Assembly (NCBI GenBank): GCA_963664725.1
Contig: OY761558.1
Location: 364,414 to 428,413 of the forward strand
DNA from: Dehalococcoidia bacterium
GTDB taxonomy: Bacteria > Chloroflexota > Dehalococcoidia > Lucifugimonadales > UBA3495
Reading direction: 5' to 3'
Length of the DNA: 64,000 nucleotides
The notes below the pieces were generated by a model, which saw nothing but the letters and a program-made list of their open reading frames with translations, ran no database searches and was not told the origin of the DNA. Shown here in pieces: positions 36,159-44,741 of this stretch. The translations under genes and the position numbers were made by a program. How positions within the stretch are numbered: position 1 is the stretch's first letter; every line of letters starts with the position of its first letter.

Positions 36159-37184
36159 TTATGCGGGAACCGGAGAGCCCGACACTGCGCCCTTGACGGC
36201 CCGCACCTGGTCCATCAAATTGGCGAAGTTCTCAAAGGTGAGAGACTGGGGCCCGTCACACTTGGCCAGGTCGGGGTTAGGATGCACTTCGATCAACAGG
36301 CCGTGAGCGCCGGCGGCTATGGCCGAAAGCGCCACGGGAGTAACCAGATACCAGTGGCCGGTGCTGTGGCTGGGGTCGCCAACGATGGGAAGGTGGCTCA
36401 ACCGCTTGATAACCGGTATGGCCGCCACGTCCAGCGTGAAGCGGGTGGTGCTCTCGAATGTGCGTATCCCCCGTTCACAAAGCATTACCGACTCGTTGCC
36501 GCCGGCCAGCACGTACTCAGCCGCCAACAGCCACTCTTCGTATGACGCCGCCAGGCCTCGCTTGACCATTACGGGCATCCGAGTCTCACCCACGGCGTCC
36601 AGCAAGTTATAGTTCTGCATGTTGCGGGCGCCGACCTGCAGCACGTCCGAGTATTGGGCCACGGTATCCACGTCGCCGGGAGTCATAACTTCCGTAATGA
36701 TGGGCAGTCCCGTTTCCTGTTTGGCGGTGTTAAGCAGCTTAAGGCCGTCAATACCCATACCGCGGAAGCTATAAGGGGAAGTACGGGGTTTGAAGGCTCC
36801 GCCCCGCAGGATGCGCGCGCCGGATGCCTTTACGGACTTGGCGGTACTCACCATCTGCTCTTCGTCTTCTACCGAGCAGGGCCCGGCCATTACCACTGGC
36901 TCCGGACCGCCTACGGCAACATCGCCCACCATGACGATGGAATTTTCGGGACGGAACTCCCTGCTTGCCATCTTGTAAGGCTTGGTTATGGGAATTACTT
37001 CTGATACGCCGGGCAACAGGGCCATTTCATCCCGCATATCCGGTGTAACTGTGCCTATCACGCCGACAACTACGCGCTCCGCCCCTTCGGAGACCTGGGG
37101 TTCAAGGCCGGGGCGCCTGGAAATTCGGGCCTTTACTTCCTCCAGTTGTTCAGGGGTACTGTCCTTGGCCATTACCACAATCAT
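36159..37184 (-). CDS. 3-deoxy-7-phosphoheptulonate (DAHP) synthase, type I-beta with N-terminal ferredoxin-like/ACT regulatory domain
   Basis: N-terminus MIVVMAKDSTPEQLEEVKARI..., then GPCSVEDEEQM and KPRTSPYSFRG. Confidence 0.9.
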   Translation of the reverse strand: MIVVMAKDSTPEQLEEVKARISRRPGLEPQVSEGAERVVVGVIGTVTPDMRDEMALLPGVSEVIPITKPYKMASREFRPENSIVMVGDVAVGGPEPVVMAGPCSVEDEEQMVSTAKSVKASGARILRGGAFKPRTSPYSFRGMGIDGLKLLNTAKQETGLPIITEVMTPGDVDTVAQYSDVLQVGARNMQNYNLLDAVGETRMPVMVKRGLAASYEEWLLAAEYVLAGGNESVMLCERGIRTFESTTRFTLDVAAIPVIKRLSHLPIVGDPSHSTGHWYLVTPVALSAIAAGAHGLLIEVHPNPDLAKCDGPQSLTFENFANLMDQVRAVKGAVSGSPVPA

Positions 37185-37275
37185 TTTGCTGCACCTTCTG
37201 GTTTTGAGAATACCCCCAGTTTATCCACATATGGGGGTTTAAGTTCTAGGTTTTCCGCAAACCCATCCGGGTCGA

Positions 37276-37281
37276 ATTATA
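37276..37281 (-). promoter_or_regulatory. Possible -10 box (TATAAT) for the DAHP synthase gene
   Basis: The minus strand has a perfect TATAAT about 90 nt upstream of the start, just after the aroH terminator. No good -35 box at standard spacing. Confidence 0.3.
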
Positions 37282-37290
37282 CTTGCTATG

Positions 37291-37317
37291 AAAAAAGACA
37301 AACGGCCCGAAGGCCGT
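37291..37317 (-). terminator. Intrinsic terminator after the chorismate mutase gene
   Basis: The minus strand reads ACGGCC-TTCG-GGCCGT followed by TTGTCTTTTTT. Confidence 0.6.
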
Positions 37318-37380
37318 AGAAGTAGCGGCTAACCAGACCGAGGTTTTCGATTTTTATAGATACAGGAACCAAATCTGACA

Positions 37381-37752
37381 TTACGTGGTTTTCAATCCGT
37401 GAAGGCGGAGTACTTCCGTACCTTTCAGGTAAACATTATGTAATTCGTTGGCTTCCTTTTCGGTATTGACAAGTATAAGCACGCGGATGCAACTCGGCAA
37501 GGAGTCCGGCACGGGAATTTCCGTGGCGCACATTAAAGCAGTGCTGTTCCAACCCAATTGGCGGGCGGCAGCGGCCGGAAAGGCGGCGTTCAGGTCCGGC
37601 GTCACAGTGAAGTAGGCCATGGCCACGTCCCGCTCATCAATTGCATTGGCCTCGATCAGATTCTGCAGCATCTCCCTGGTTGCGCCGTGAATGTCCTCGG
37701 CCGTGTTTTTTTCGGCTTTGGTGGCGCCCCTTAACCCCCGGCACACCTTCAT
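37381..37752 (-). CDS. aroH: Chorismate mutase, AroH class
   Basis: MKVCRGLRGATKAEKNTAEDI...TVTPDLNAAFPAAAAR...CIRVLILV parallels B. subtilis AroH. ATG 37752 has GGAGGG 8 nt upstream; the ORF is open to TTG 37779. Confidence 0.85.
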   Translation of the reverse strand: MKVCRGLRGATKAEKNTAEDIHGATREMLQNLIEANAIDERDVAMAYFTVTPDLNAAFPAAAARQLGWNSTALMCATEIPVPDSLPSCIRVLILVNTEKEANELHNVYLKGTEVLRLHGLKTT

Positions 37753-37775
37753 TGACTCTTCCCTCCAGCCAGCGG

Positions 37776-38573
37776 TCAACTTCTGCCCGCCAATTCCGCA
37801 ACCAGTTTGCTGGCACGCGCCACCAACTGGTCACGAGGCGATTCTAGCATTGTGCGGATTAGGGCGCTACCCACCGCAGCGGCTTCAGCCTCCTGGCATG
37901 CCATTTCCACGTGTTCACGCCGCGAGATGCCAAATCCCAACGCCAGGGGCAATGCCGTATGCCGTCTCACACGCCTGATGAGTTCTATCCCCGGCTGGGA
38001 CACCTGGTCCCGCGCCCCCGTGATGCCCGTCAGGCTGACACAGTAAATGAAGCCCGAACTAATGCCAACGGCCGTCTTGATGCTCTCTTCTGTACTGGTA
38101 GGGGCCAGCAGCGGCACGATATGTATGCCGCGGGGACGGCATTCCTCGTACAATGGTCCGGCTTCTTCAGCCGGCAGGTCCACGGGAATGACAGCGTCAA
38201 TGCCGCATTCGGACAGTCGCTGGGCGAAGCTACTCAGGCCATAGGAACAAACAGGATTGTAATAGGTCATCAGGATCAGGGGCGTATCGGGGACCTTGTC
38301 CCTAACCTGGGCCACCAGATCCAGGCAGTCGTCAGGTGTGACTCCACCCTGCAAAGCAAGAAAACTGGACTCCTGGATAACTGGACCGTCAGCCAGGGGA
38401 TCGCTGAAGGGAATGGAAATCTCTATGCCGTCGGCGCCTGCTTCGGCAAGCGCTGGAATCAATTCCAGGGTGGCTTCCAGATCAGGAAATCCGGTTGTAA
38501 GGTACGGAAGCAAACCCGGCCGATTTTCTTTCCTGATGACATCGAACTTTTCCTTGACTCGGTCCTTGGTCAT
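37776..38573 (-). CDS. trpA: Tryptophan synthase alpha chain
   Basis: LLPYLTTGFPDLEATLELI..AGADGIEISIPFSDPLADGPVIQ. Confidence 0.9.
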   Translation of the reverse strand: MTKDRVKEKFDVIRKENRPGLLPYLTTGFPDLEATLELIPALAEAGADGIEISIPFSDPLADGPVIQESSFLALQGGVTPDDCLDLVAQVRDKVPDTPLILMTYYNPVCSYGLSSFAQRLSECGIDAVIPVDLPAEEAGPLYEECRPRGIHIVPLLAPTSTEESIKTAVGISSGFIYCVSLTGITGARDQVSQPGIELIRRVRRHTALPLALGFGISRREHVEMACQEAEAAAVGSALIRTMLESPRDQLVARASKLVAELAGRS

Positions 38574-38678
38574 TCTTGCCGGCCTGAAGCTGGATTGGCG
38601 GGATTAGCTGGACTGTCTGCTGGAATCAATCTCAGCAACCGCTGCCGCAGGAACTCTAGCCCAAGCGTCAATTATTGT

Positions 38679-39506
38679 CTAGCCCCCGTACATTATGGCC
38701 AGCAAAGCCACGGCATTCTGGCCGGCGTGGGCAATCACCGGCGGCCACAGGGAACCCGTATAGTGGTACAAGGCCGCAAGCAGCAGACCCGTGAAGAATA
38801 TGGGCACCAGAACACCGGGATGCAGGTGAAACAGGGAAAATATCAGGGCGCTGGCCACGGCGGCGCCCGTTACGCCCCACCGGGCAACCAGACCCTGCAT
38901 AACAAATCCACGAAAGAATAGCTCTTCCGTCAGTGGCGTCCAGCCCGCCAGTGCTTCAAAAGTCCAGATCACGGCATAACCGTTGAATACGACCTCCCTG
39001 GGAACTTCGGGGGGGAGAAACAAGTCTATTCCCAGCGGTTTCATCGCAAGGGCATACAGAGCCGTAAATCCAATGCTTACCGCCAGCGCCGCACCCGACA
39101 GAAACAGGGCTAAGGGCCAGGAGGTTCGCGGGCGCCGCAGCCCTAGGAAGGCAAGCGGCAGGCGGCCCTGACTATGGCCCAGCAGCCAAACAGAGCCCAC
39201 TATGACCAGCCCGATGGCATGGCTGCCCAACCATGCGCCCCAGGCCAGACCGGCGCCCAGGCGTTCAAGGATCACCGTCCCACCACTGATGGCCAAAAAA
39301 GCGATCCCAACCAAAGCCAGCCCAAGGACTACCTGCCTGCCCTGCCACGGTACCGCCAGGGCTGCATCATTTTCGTGGGGACTTACGTCCAACCGCTCCC
39401 GGGTTGATTGCAAATCTCTGCCACACAGTGGGCAAAAGGCCCCAATCTGGTCAAGCCGGGTAGCGCAGCCTGGGCAAAACAAATGGTGCCTCCTGGAAAC
39501 AAACAC
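38679..39506 (-). CDS. CPBP-family (CAAX/Abi) intramembrane metalloprotease with N-terminal zinc ribbon
   Basis: CPGCATRLDQIGAFCPLCG, EELFFRGF, FSLFHL and HAGQN. Confidence 0.8.
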   Translation of the reverse strand: MFVSRRHHLFCPGCATRLDQIGAFCPLCGRDLQSTRERLDVSPHENDAALAVPWQGRQVVLGLALVGIAFLAISGGTVILERLGAGLAWGAWLGSHAIGLVIVGSVWLLGHSQGRLPLAFLGLRRPRTSWPLALFLSGAALAVSIGFTALYALAMKPLGIDLFLPPEVPREVVFNGYAVIWTFEALAGWTPLTEELFFRGFVMQGLVARWGVTGAAVASALIFSLFHLHPGVLVPIFFTGLLLAALYHYTGSLWPPVIAHAGQNAVALLAIMYGG

Positions 39507-39826
39507 TCAGGCGGGATTAATTGCCTCGCTGGAATCTGTTCATCCCAGAACGAAAGCGGCAACTGATACTGGTCAAACACACTACCATAATGACCCAATA
39601 GTCACAAAGTCTGAAGGGGGGACAGGTCTTCAGTGTAGTCGCCGGTGCCTGGGAGAAATCCCGCCATTCCCAAATCCGACTCCACTGTTGGGCGACTGCC
39701 AGGCACCCCAGCGAATTGCCATACCAGGTTTTACAGCCGATAATGGCGGGGGGAATGGCCGCTACCCGCCCGCGAACATTGTTACTTCATGAGCGGGACG
39801 ACTGGTTCACATTGGAGGTGACTGAA

Positions 39827-40030
39827 TTGGATTCCGACAATGCCATCGATCGTCAGACCTTTGATTTCTTGGCCCGGGCCGCAGGCCTGAATCTAGAAGA
39901 CACCCACATGGATGAACTGTTCCCTTATGTGCAGATTGCCCTGGCCGCCAACGAGGGGCTGAAGAATATCGACATCACAGGGTTCGAGCCGGATGCCAGT
40001 TTCGATCCCAACCACTTCTACCAGGTATAG
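39827..40030 (+). CDS. GatC-like small protein (AtzG-like partner of an amidase)
   Basis: IDRQTFDFLARAAGLNLEDTHMDELFPYVQIALAANEGLKNIDITGFEPDASF follows the GatC pattern. TTG 39827 has GGAGG at 39814-39818. The ORF is open to TTG 39716, with ATG 39743 as an alternative. Confidence 0.55.
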   Translation: MDSDNAIDRQTFDFLARAAGLNLEDTHMDELFPYVQIALAANEGLKNIDITGFEPDASFDPNHFYQV

Positions 40031-40040
40031 GGGGTGAACC

Positions 40041-41453
40041 GTGGACCCGCTGGAACTTTGTTACGCCAGTGCCGGTGAATTATCCCGCCTGATTCGGGGC
40101 CGGGAGGTCTCGCCGGTTGAGGTTATTGACGCCCACCTCGCCCGGATAGAGGCCACTGAACCAACGCTGAACTCCTTCATAACCCTGCTGCCGGAACACG
40201 CCAGGGATGCCGCTCGCCGGGCAGAGTCCCAGATACAGGCTGGCAACTATCGGGGACCCTTGCACGGTATTCCCGTGGGACTGAAGGACCTTTTCAACAC
40301 CGCCGGGGTGCGGACCACTTCAGGGTCAAGAATCCTGGACAACTTTATTCCGACGGAAGACTGCACGGTTGCGGCCCGTTTCCAGCAGGCCGGCGCCATC
40401 CTGCTGGGCAAGCTGAATATGCACCAGTTCGCCTATGGCCCTACCGGAGAGAACTTCGACTACGGCCATATGCACAATCCCTGGAACCCGGAACTGGTGA
40501 CCGGCGGTTCCAGCGGAGGCTCCGGGTCAGCGGCAGCAGCCGGCCAGTGCACCATAACCATGGGGAGCGATACCGGCGGCTCGGTGCGAATACCGGCAGC
40601 CCTGTGTGGCATTGTAGGCCTTAAACCCACCTATGGCCTGGTCAGTCGGGCCGGCCTCACTCCCCTGTCCTGGCGCCTTGACCATCCCGGCCCCATGGTT
40701 CGCACCGTGGAAGACGCCGTCATCGCAATGAATGTCATAGCAGGCCACGACCCGAAGGACCAGGCCACATCCACTCGGGAGGTTCCGGATTACACGGCGG
40801 CCCTGACCGGTTCGCTAGAAGGACTCCGCGTAGGCATAGTCAGGGAGTATTTCGAGGCTCCGCTGGACTCCGAGGTGGAGTCGGTGGTGCGCGCTGCCAT
40901 TGCTCAACTGTCGGAGATGGGAGCCTCGGTCACGGAAGTTTCCCTGCCCATGTTTGCCGACGCCCAGGCCATTTCCGGAACTATCCTAATGTCTGAAGCT
41001 GCGGCCTATCACCGTGATCTGCTGGCAAACGACGGCGACAAGCTTACCCCTTCGGTTCGCCTCCGCCTCGAAGCCGGGTTATTCGTTACCGCGGCAGATT
41101 ACCTCAAGGCCCAGCAGGCCCGCGCCAGGTTCAACTTTGAAATGTCCCAACTCTTCAACGACGTTGACCTGTTGGCCGGCCCCAGTGAACCCATAACCGC
41201 GCCGCCCATCCTGGCCCAGGAGGTGTCCATAGGGGAGCGCACCGTGGGTACAGTTGGTGCACTGACGCAATACACCCGACCCTACAACATCAGTGGCACG
41301 CCGGCCATTTCCGTCCCCTGCGGCTTCTCCCAGTCAGGTATGCCCGTTGGCCTGCAACTGGCAGGCAGGCCTTTCGACGAGGTCACCCTGCTGCGGGCCG
41401 CCCATGCTTACGAACAGGCAACCGACTGGCACCGGCGGCGTCCACCGGTCTAG
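40041..41453 (+). CDS. Amidase-signature (AS) family amidase, GatA-like
   Basis: GIPVGLKDLF, GGSSGGSGSAAAAG and GSDTGGSVRIPAALCG. Confidence 0.85.
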   Translation: MDPLELCYASAGELSRLIRGREVSPVEVIDAHLARIEATEPTLNSFITLLPEHARDAARRAESQIQAGNYRGPLHGIPVGLKDLFNTAGVRTTSGSRILDNFIPTEDCTVAARFQQAGAILLGKLNMHQFAYGPTGENFDYGHMHNPWNPELVTGGSSGGSGSAAAAGQCTITMGSDTGGSVRIPAALCGIVGLKPTYGLVSRAGLTPLSWRLDHPGPMVRTVEDAVIAMNVIAGHDPKDQATSTREVPDYTAALTGSLEGLRVGIVREYFEAPLDSEVESVVRAAIAQLSEMGASVTEVSLPMFADAQAISGTILMSEAAAYHRDLLANDGDKLTPSVRLRLEAGLFVTAADYLKAQQARARFNFEMSQLFNDVDLLAGPSEPITAPPILAQEVSIGERTVGTVGALTQYTRPYNISGTPAISVPCGFSQSGMPVGLQLAGRPFDEVTLLRAAHAYEQATDWHRRRPPV

Positions 41454-41477
41454 TGGCACAACGGCCCGAATACCCAA

Positions 41478-42272
41478 GTGCGAGTCTCCATTTCAGCCCT
41501 TGAGGCCCGTCCGTTGAGCAACATTAACGCGGTAACCTTTGATCTTTGGCAAACTCTCCTGCTGGACAACCCTGAACAGGGCCGGACACGAACCCGTGCC
41601 AGGCTGGAGGGGACTCTAGACGTGCTGGCCCGGGTTGGGGAGACCTATTCCCTGGAGCAGGTCGATCAGGCATACTGGGACGGAGTCCGGCGCTGCCAGG
41701 AAATCAGGGACGCCCACCGTGACGTCACGTTCCTGCAACAGGTGCAGATTTTCGTCAACTTCATCAGCCCACGACTGGTAGAGAGAATTCCTAACACCAC
41801 TTTCCAGGACATTGCGGCGTGTTATTCCGACTCATTCTTTGACTATCCTCCAGGGCCCCACCCCGAAGCCGTACAAGTACTGCAGAGCGTCAGGGATTTG
41901 GGCCTGCGGCTTGGCATGGTTTCAAACACCGGTATGACCCCCGGCGTGTCCTTCCGACGATTCCTTGCGGAACACGGTATGCTCAATTATTTTGATGCCC
42001 TTACCTTTTCCGACGAGGTAGGCTATTCCAAGCCCGCTTGTGAAATGTTCAACCTTACGTTGGCGGAATTGGGTTCATCCCCGGCCCAGGCTATCCATGT
42101 TGGCGACCACATATTCAACGACGTGGCCGCCGCCCGGGCTTGCGGACTCAAGACAGTGTGGATTGAAGGCTTCTACGAAAGGCCCGACCCCAGTGACCCC
42201 ACGACCGAACCAGATATCAGCGTCGCTACCCTCGGTAAGGTTCCGGACGCCATAAGAAAGCTGCTGGTTTAA
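41478..42272 (+). CDS. HAD-superfamily hydrolase (subfamily IA-like)
   Basis: Motif I VTFDLWQTLL; ...MVSNTG... and ...HVGDHIFNDV.... Alternative start TTG 41514 (GAGG 8 nt upstream). Confidence 0.7.
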   Translation: MRVSISALEARPLSNINAVTFDLWQTLLLDNPEQGRTRTRARLEGTLDVLARVGETYSLEQVDQAYWDGVRRCQEIRDAHRDVTFLQQVQIFVNFISPRLVERIPNTTFQDIAACYSDSFFDYPPGPHPEAVQVLQSVRDLGLRLGMVSNTGMTPGVSFRRFLAEHGMLNYFDALTFSDEVGYSKPACEMFNLTLAELGSSPAQAIHVGDHIFNDVAAARACGLKTVWIEGFYERPDPSDPTTEPDISVATLGKVPDAIRKLLV

Positions 42273-42547
42273 AGCCACAGCGGCCTGAGTGGATCTGTTC
42301 ATCCCATTTAGATCGCTATACCAAGCCCCTTGGCATCTCGAATCCCGCCACCATTGCCTTGGTTTAGCACATTTATCGTCAGCACTTCTTCTGGATTAGA
42401 CAGTCTTTCCCCTCTGGTCAAAGCTGATTCCCTTGACAACCTATAACCCTTGGCCTAACCTGAATCAAGGTGCTGATTCTTCGCTCTGTGCGATGCCTTA
42501 GACCTAAAGGGTCCGGTATCGCGGTTGCCCTTCAAAGGAGAAACCGG

Positions 42548-42613
42548 ATGGCGATTGCGGGGTGGGGTAATGGAAATCGGCAGGGCGGCAGCGGCGGGGC
42601 CCGCAATGTCTGA
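42548..42613 (+). CDS. Possible 21-codon Gly-rich leader ORF coupled to the GT20 synthase gene
   Basis: AAAGGAG (42534-42540), 7 nt, then ATG 42548. It encodes MAIAGWGNGNRQGGSGGARNV. Its TGA (42611-42613) overlaps the downstream ATG (42606) as AATGTCTGA. Confidence 0.3.
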   Translation: MAIAGWGNGNRQGGSGGARNV

Positions 42614-44129
42614 CCTGGATCGCATCTGCCAGTCGTTACTAACTCAGCGGTCACTGATTTTGGCCAGCAACCGGGGGCCGGTGGAGCACTATGTCGCCCC
42701 GGACGGGCGTCCCGAGGCCCGACGCGGTAGTGGCGGCATTGTAACCGCACTCAATTCCCTGGCCCAGACTGCGCCCTTTACCTGGATCGCCAGCGCCATG
42801 GGCGAAGGGGACCGGCTTGTTGAAGGGTCCCGTCAGCACTCTCCCTACAGATCTCCCCTTCCCGGCCACAAGATTGACCTTCGGTATGTGGTTACTCCCC
42901 GGCGCGTCTATCACAAGTATTACAACGTCCTGTGCAACCCATTGTTGTGGTTCCTGCAGCATTACATGTGGAATCCTCCTTACAATCCCAACGTGGACGC
43001 CAGTGTTCACGACGCCTGGCAGGGGGGCTACATACCGGTCAACCGCGCTTTCGCGCAGGAAGTGGTCAAGCAGGCCCGCAGCAACGATCTTCCTCCTGTG
43101 GTAATCGGCCACGATTATCACCTTTACCTGCTGCCCGGTATGGTACGCGATGAACTCCCCAACTCCATCATCCAGCACTACGTGCATATTCCCTGGCCCA
43201 CACCCCGTTACTGGCAAATGATACCGACCTATATGGCGCGGCAGATCTGCTCTTCCCTAGCCAGGTCAGACCTGGTGGGTTTCCAGACGGAGCAGGACCG
43301 GGAGAGTTTCCTGGATTCGGTCGAAACATTTGTACCCGACGCCAAAGTGGACCGCAACACCCACATAATCGAACGTGAGGACATATCCTGCCACGCCAGG
43401 GTGTACCCCCTTTCAATCAACGTGGCTGAGGTCCAGCGGATCGCTAACTCCGCCCGAGCCCTGGAACACGAGGAAAACCTCATGTCCATGCACCGGGGCG
43501 CCAGTACGATTGTCCGCATCGACCGCGCCGAACCCAACAAGAACATAGTTCGAGGATTCCGTGCCTTCGAACTGCTGCTCAACCGATTCCCGGACCTGCA
43601 GGGCAAGGTTAATTTCCTTGCCTTCCTGGTACCTTCCCGCACCCACATCCGACAGTACCAGCGGTACATGGAGGAAATCCGGCAACTGGTGAACCAGATT
43701 AATGAACGGTTCGGTACGGAGGAATGGCAACCCATCACCACCTTCATGGAGAACAACTACACGCAGGCCATTGCCGGCATGAAGCTATATGACGTGCTGC
43801 TGGTCAATTCCCTTATTGAGGGTATGAACCTGGTGGCTAAGGAAGGGCCTGTCGTAAATACCCGGGATGGCGTGCTGGTTCTCTCGGAGACCAGCGGAGC
43901 TTATGAGCAGCTCAAGGACGGCGCGATTCCAGTCTCTCCGACCGACGTGGAGGGTACAATGGAAGCTCTTCACGCCGCTATAACCATGCCCGCTGAAGAG
44001 AGAAAAAGACGCGCTGCTACTTTGGCGGAGTCCGTCAACAGCCAGGATATAATTCACTGGATTTGCCGCCAACTGGAAGATATCTGTATCGTTTGCCAGG
44101 CCCAAACAGAGGAGAACACCCTTGATTGA
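42606..44129 (+). CDS. otsA: GT20-family alpha,alpha-trehalose-phosphate synthase-like protein
   Basis: LILASNRGPVEH, GGIVTALNS and IGHDYHLYLLPGMVR. Start chosen at ATG 42606; the ORF is open to TTG 42525, with ATG 42570 as an alternative. Confidence 0.75.
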   Translation: MSDLDRICQSLLTQRSLILASNRGPVEHYVAPDGRPEARRGSGGIVTALNSLAQTAPFTWIASAMGEGDRLVEGSRQHSPYRSPLPGHKIDLRYVVTPRRVYHKYYNVLCNPLLWFLQHYMWNPPYNPNVDASVHDAWQGGYIPVNRAFAQEVVKQARSNDLPPVVIGHDYHLYLLPGMVRDELPNSIIQHYVHIPWPTPRYWQMIPTYMARQICSSLARSDLVGFQTEQDRESFLDSVETFVPDAKVDRNTHIIEREDISCHARVYPLSINVAEVQRIANSARALEHEENLMSMHRGASTIVRIDRAEPNKNIVRGFRAFELLLNRFPDLQGKVNFLAFLVPSRTHIRQYQRYMEEIRQLVNQINERFGTEEWQPITTFMENNYTQAIAGMKLYDVLLVNSLIEGMNLVAKEGPVVNTRDGVLVLSETSGAYEQLKDGAIPVSPTDVEGTMEALHAAITMPAEERKRRAATLAESVNSQDIIHWICRQLEDICIVCQAQTEENTLD

Positions 44130-44700
44130 CGATCCGTTCTACGGCCAACTGCCTGACGGGGAACGCCCGGACATCATGCTCTATATTTTCCCCCATCTCA
44201 AAGAGTTCCTGGTGATAGATTTGAGAGGTGATTCTTCGGAAGTCTTGCTGATGAATGCCGAAGAGGTGTTCGACGGCGAGTTTTTCCGTGGATTGGAGCA
44301 TGAGTTCTCCAGTACGTTGCGGGAAGGCAACATCTACCCCTTTGCCCACATAATCAACCTTCCTCTGCGGCTGGAGGAGATCGTACGCAATGTTGCGATG
44401 TCTTCCATTCTGGAGAGGCTGGGAGTGGATACCTTCGATGACGAGGACCTGCCTGCGGTAGTGGTTTTCATCATCAGCGGCGGCGCGCTGGCCATGCATT
44501 CCGACAAGCTGATTAACAGCCTCAGGGACTTGCTCAACACTTACCCGGGCGGTTCCGACATTGTCCAATGGGAAAACGTCATATCCCGCCTGGTGAGGGA
44601 AGAAAACCAGGTTTTGCAGGACCTTAGCTACCAGGAACTGACCGAAGCCCTGCGAGACGATTCTCCTGACTACTTCACCCTTTGGGAAAACCGGAACTAA
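44122..44700 (+). CDS. Hypothetical 192-aa protein, overlaps the GT20 gene by 8 nt
   Basis: Clean ORF with no recognised family. The overlap suggests translational coupling. Confidence 0.55.
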   Translation: MIDDPFYGQLPDGERPDIMLYIFPHLKEFLVIDLRGDSSEVLLMNAEEVFDGEFFRGLEHEFSSTLREGNIYPFAHIINLPLRLEEIVRNVAMSSILERLGVDTFDDEDLPAVVVFIISGGALAMHSDKLINSLRDLLNTYPGGSDIVQWENVISRLVREENQVLQDLSYQELTEALRDDSPDYFTLWENRN

Positions 44701-44741
44701 CCACTAGATATCCTCAACCCTCCGGCTTTGAAGAGAGAGAT

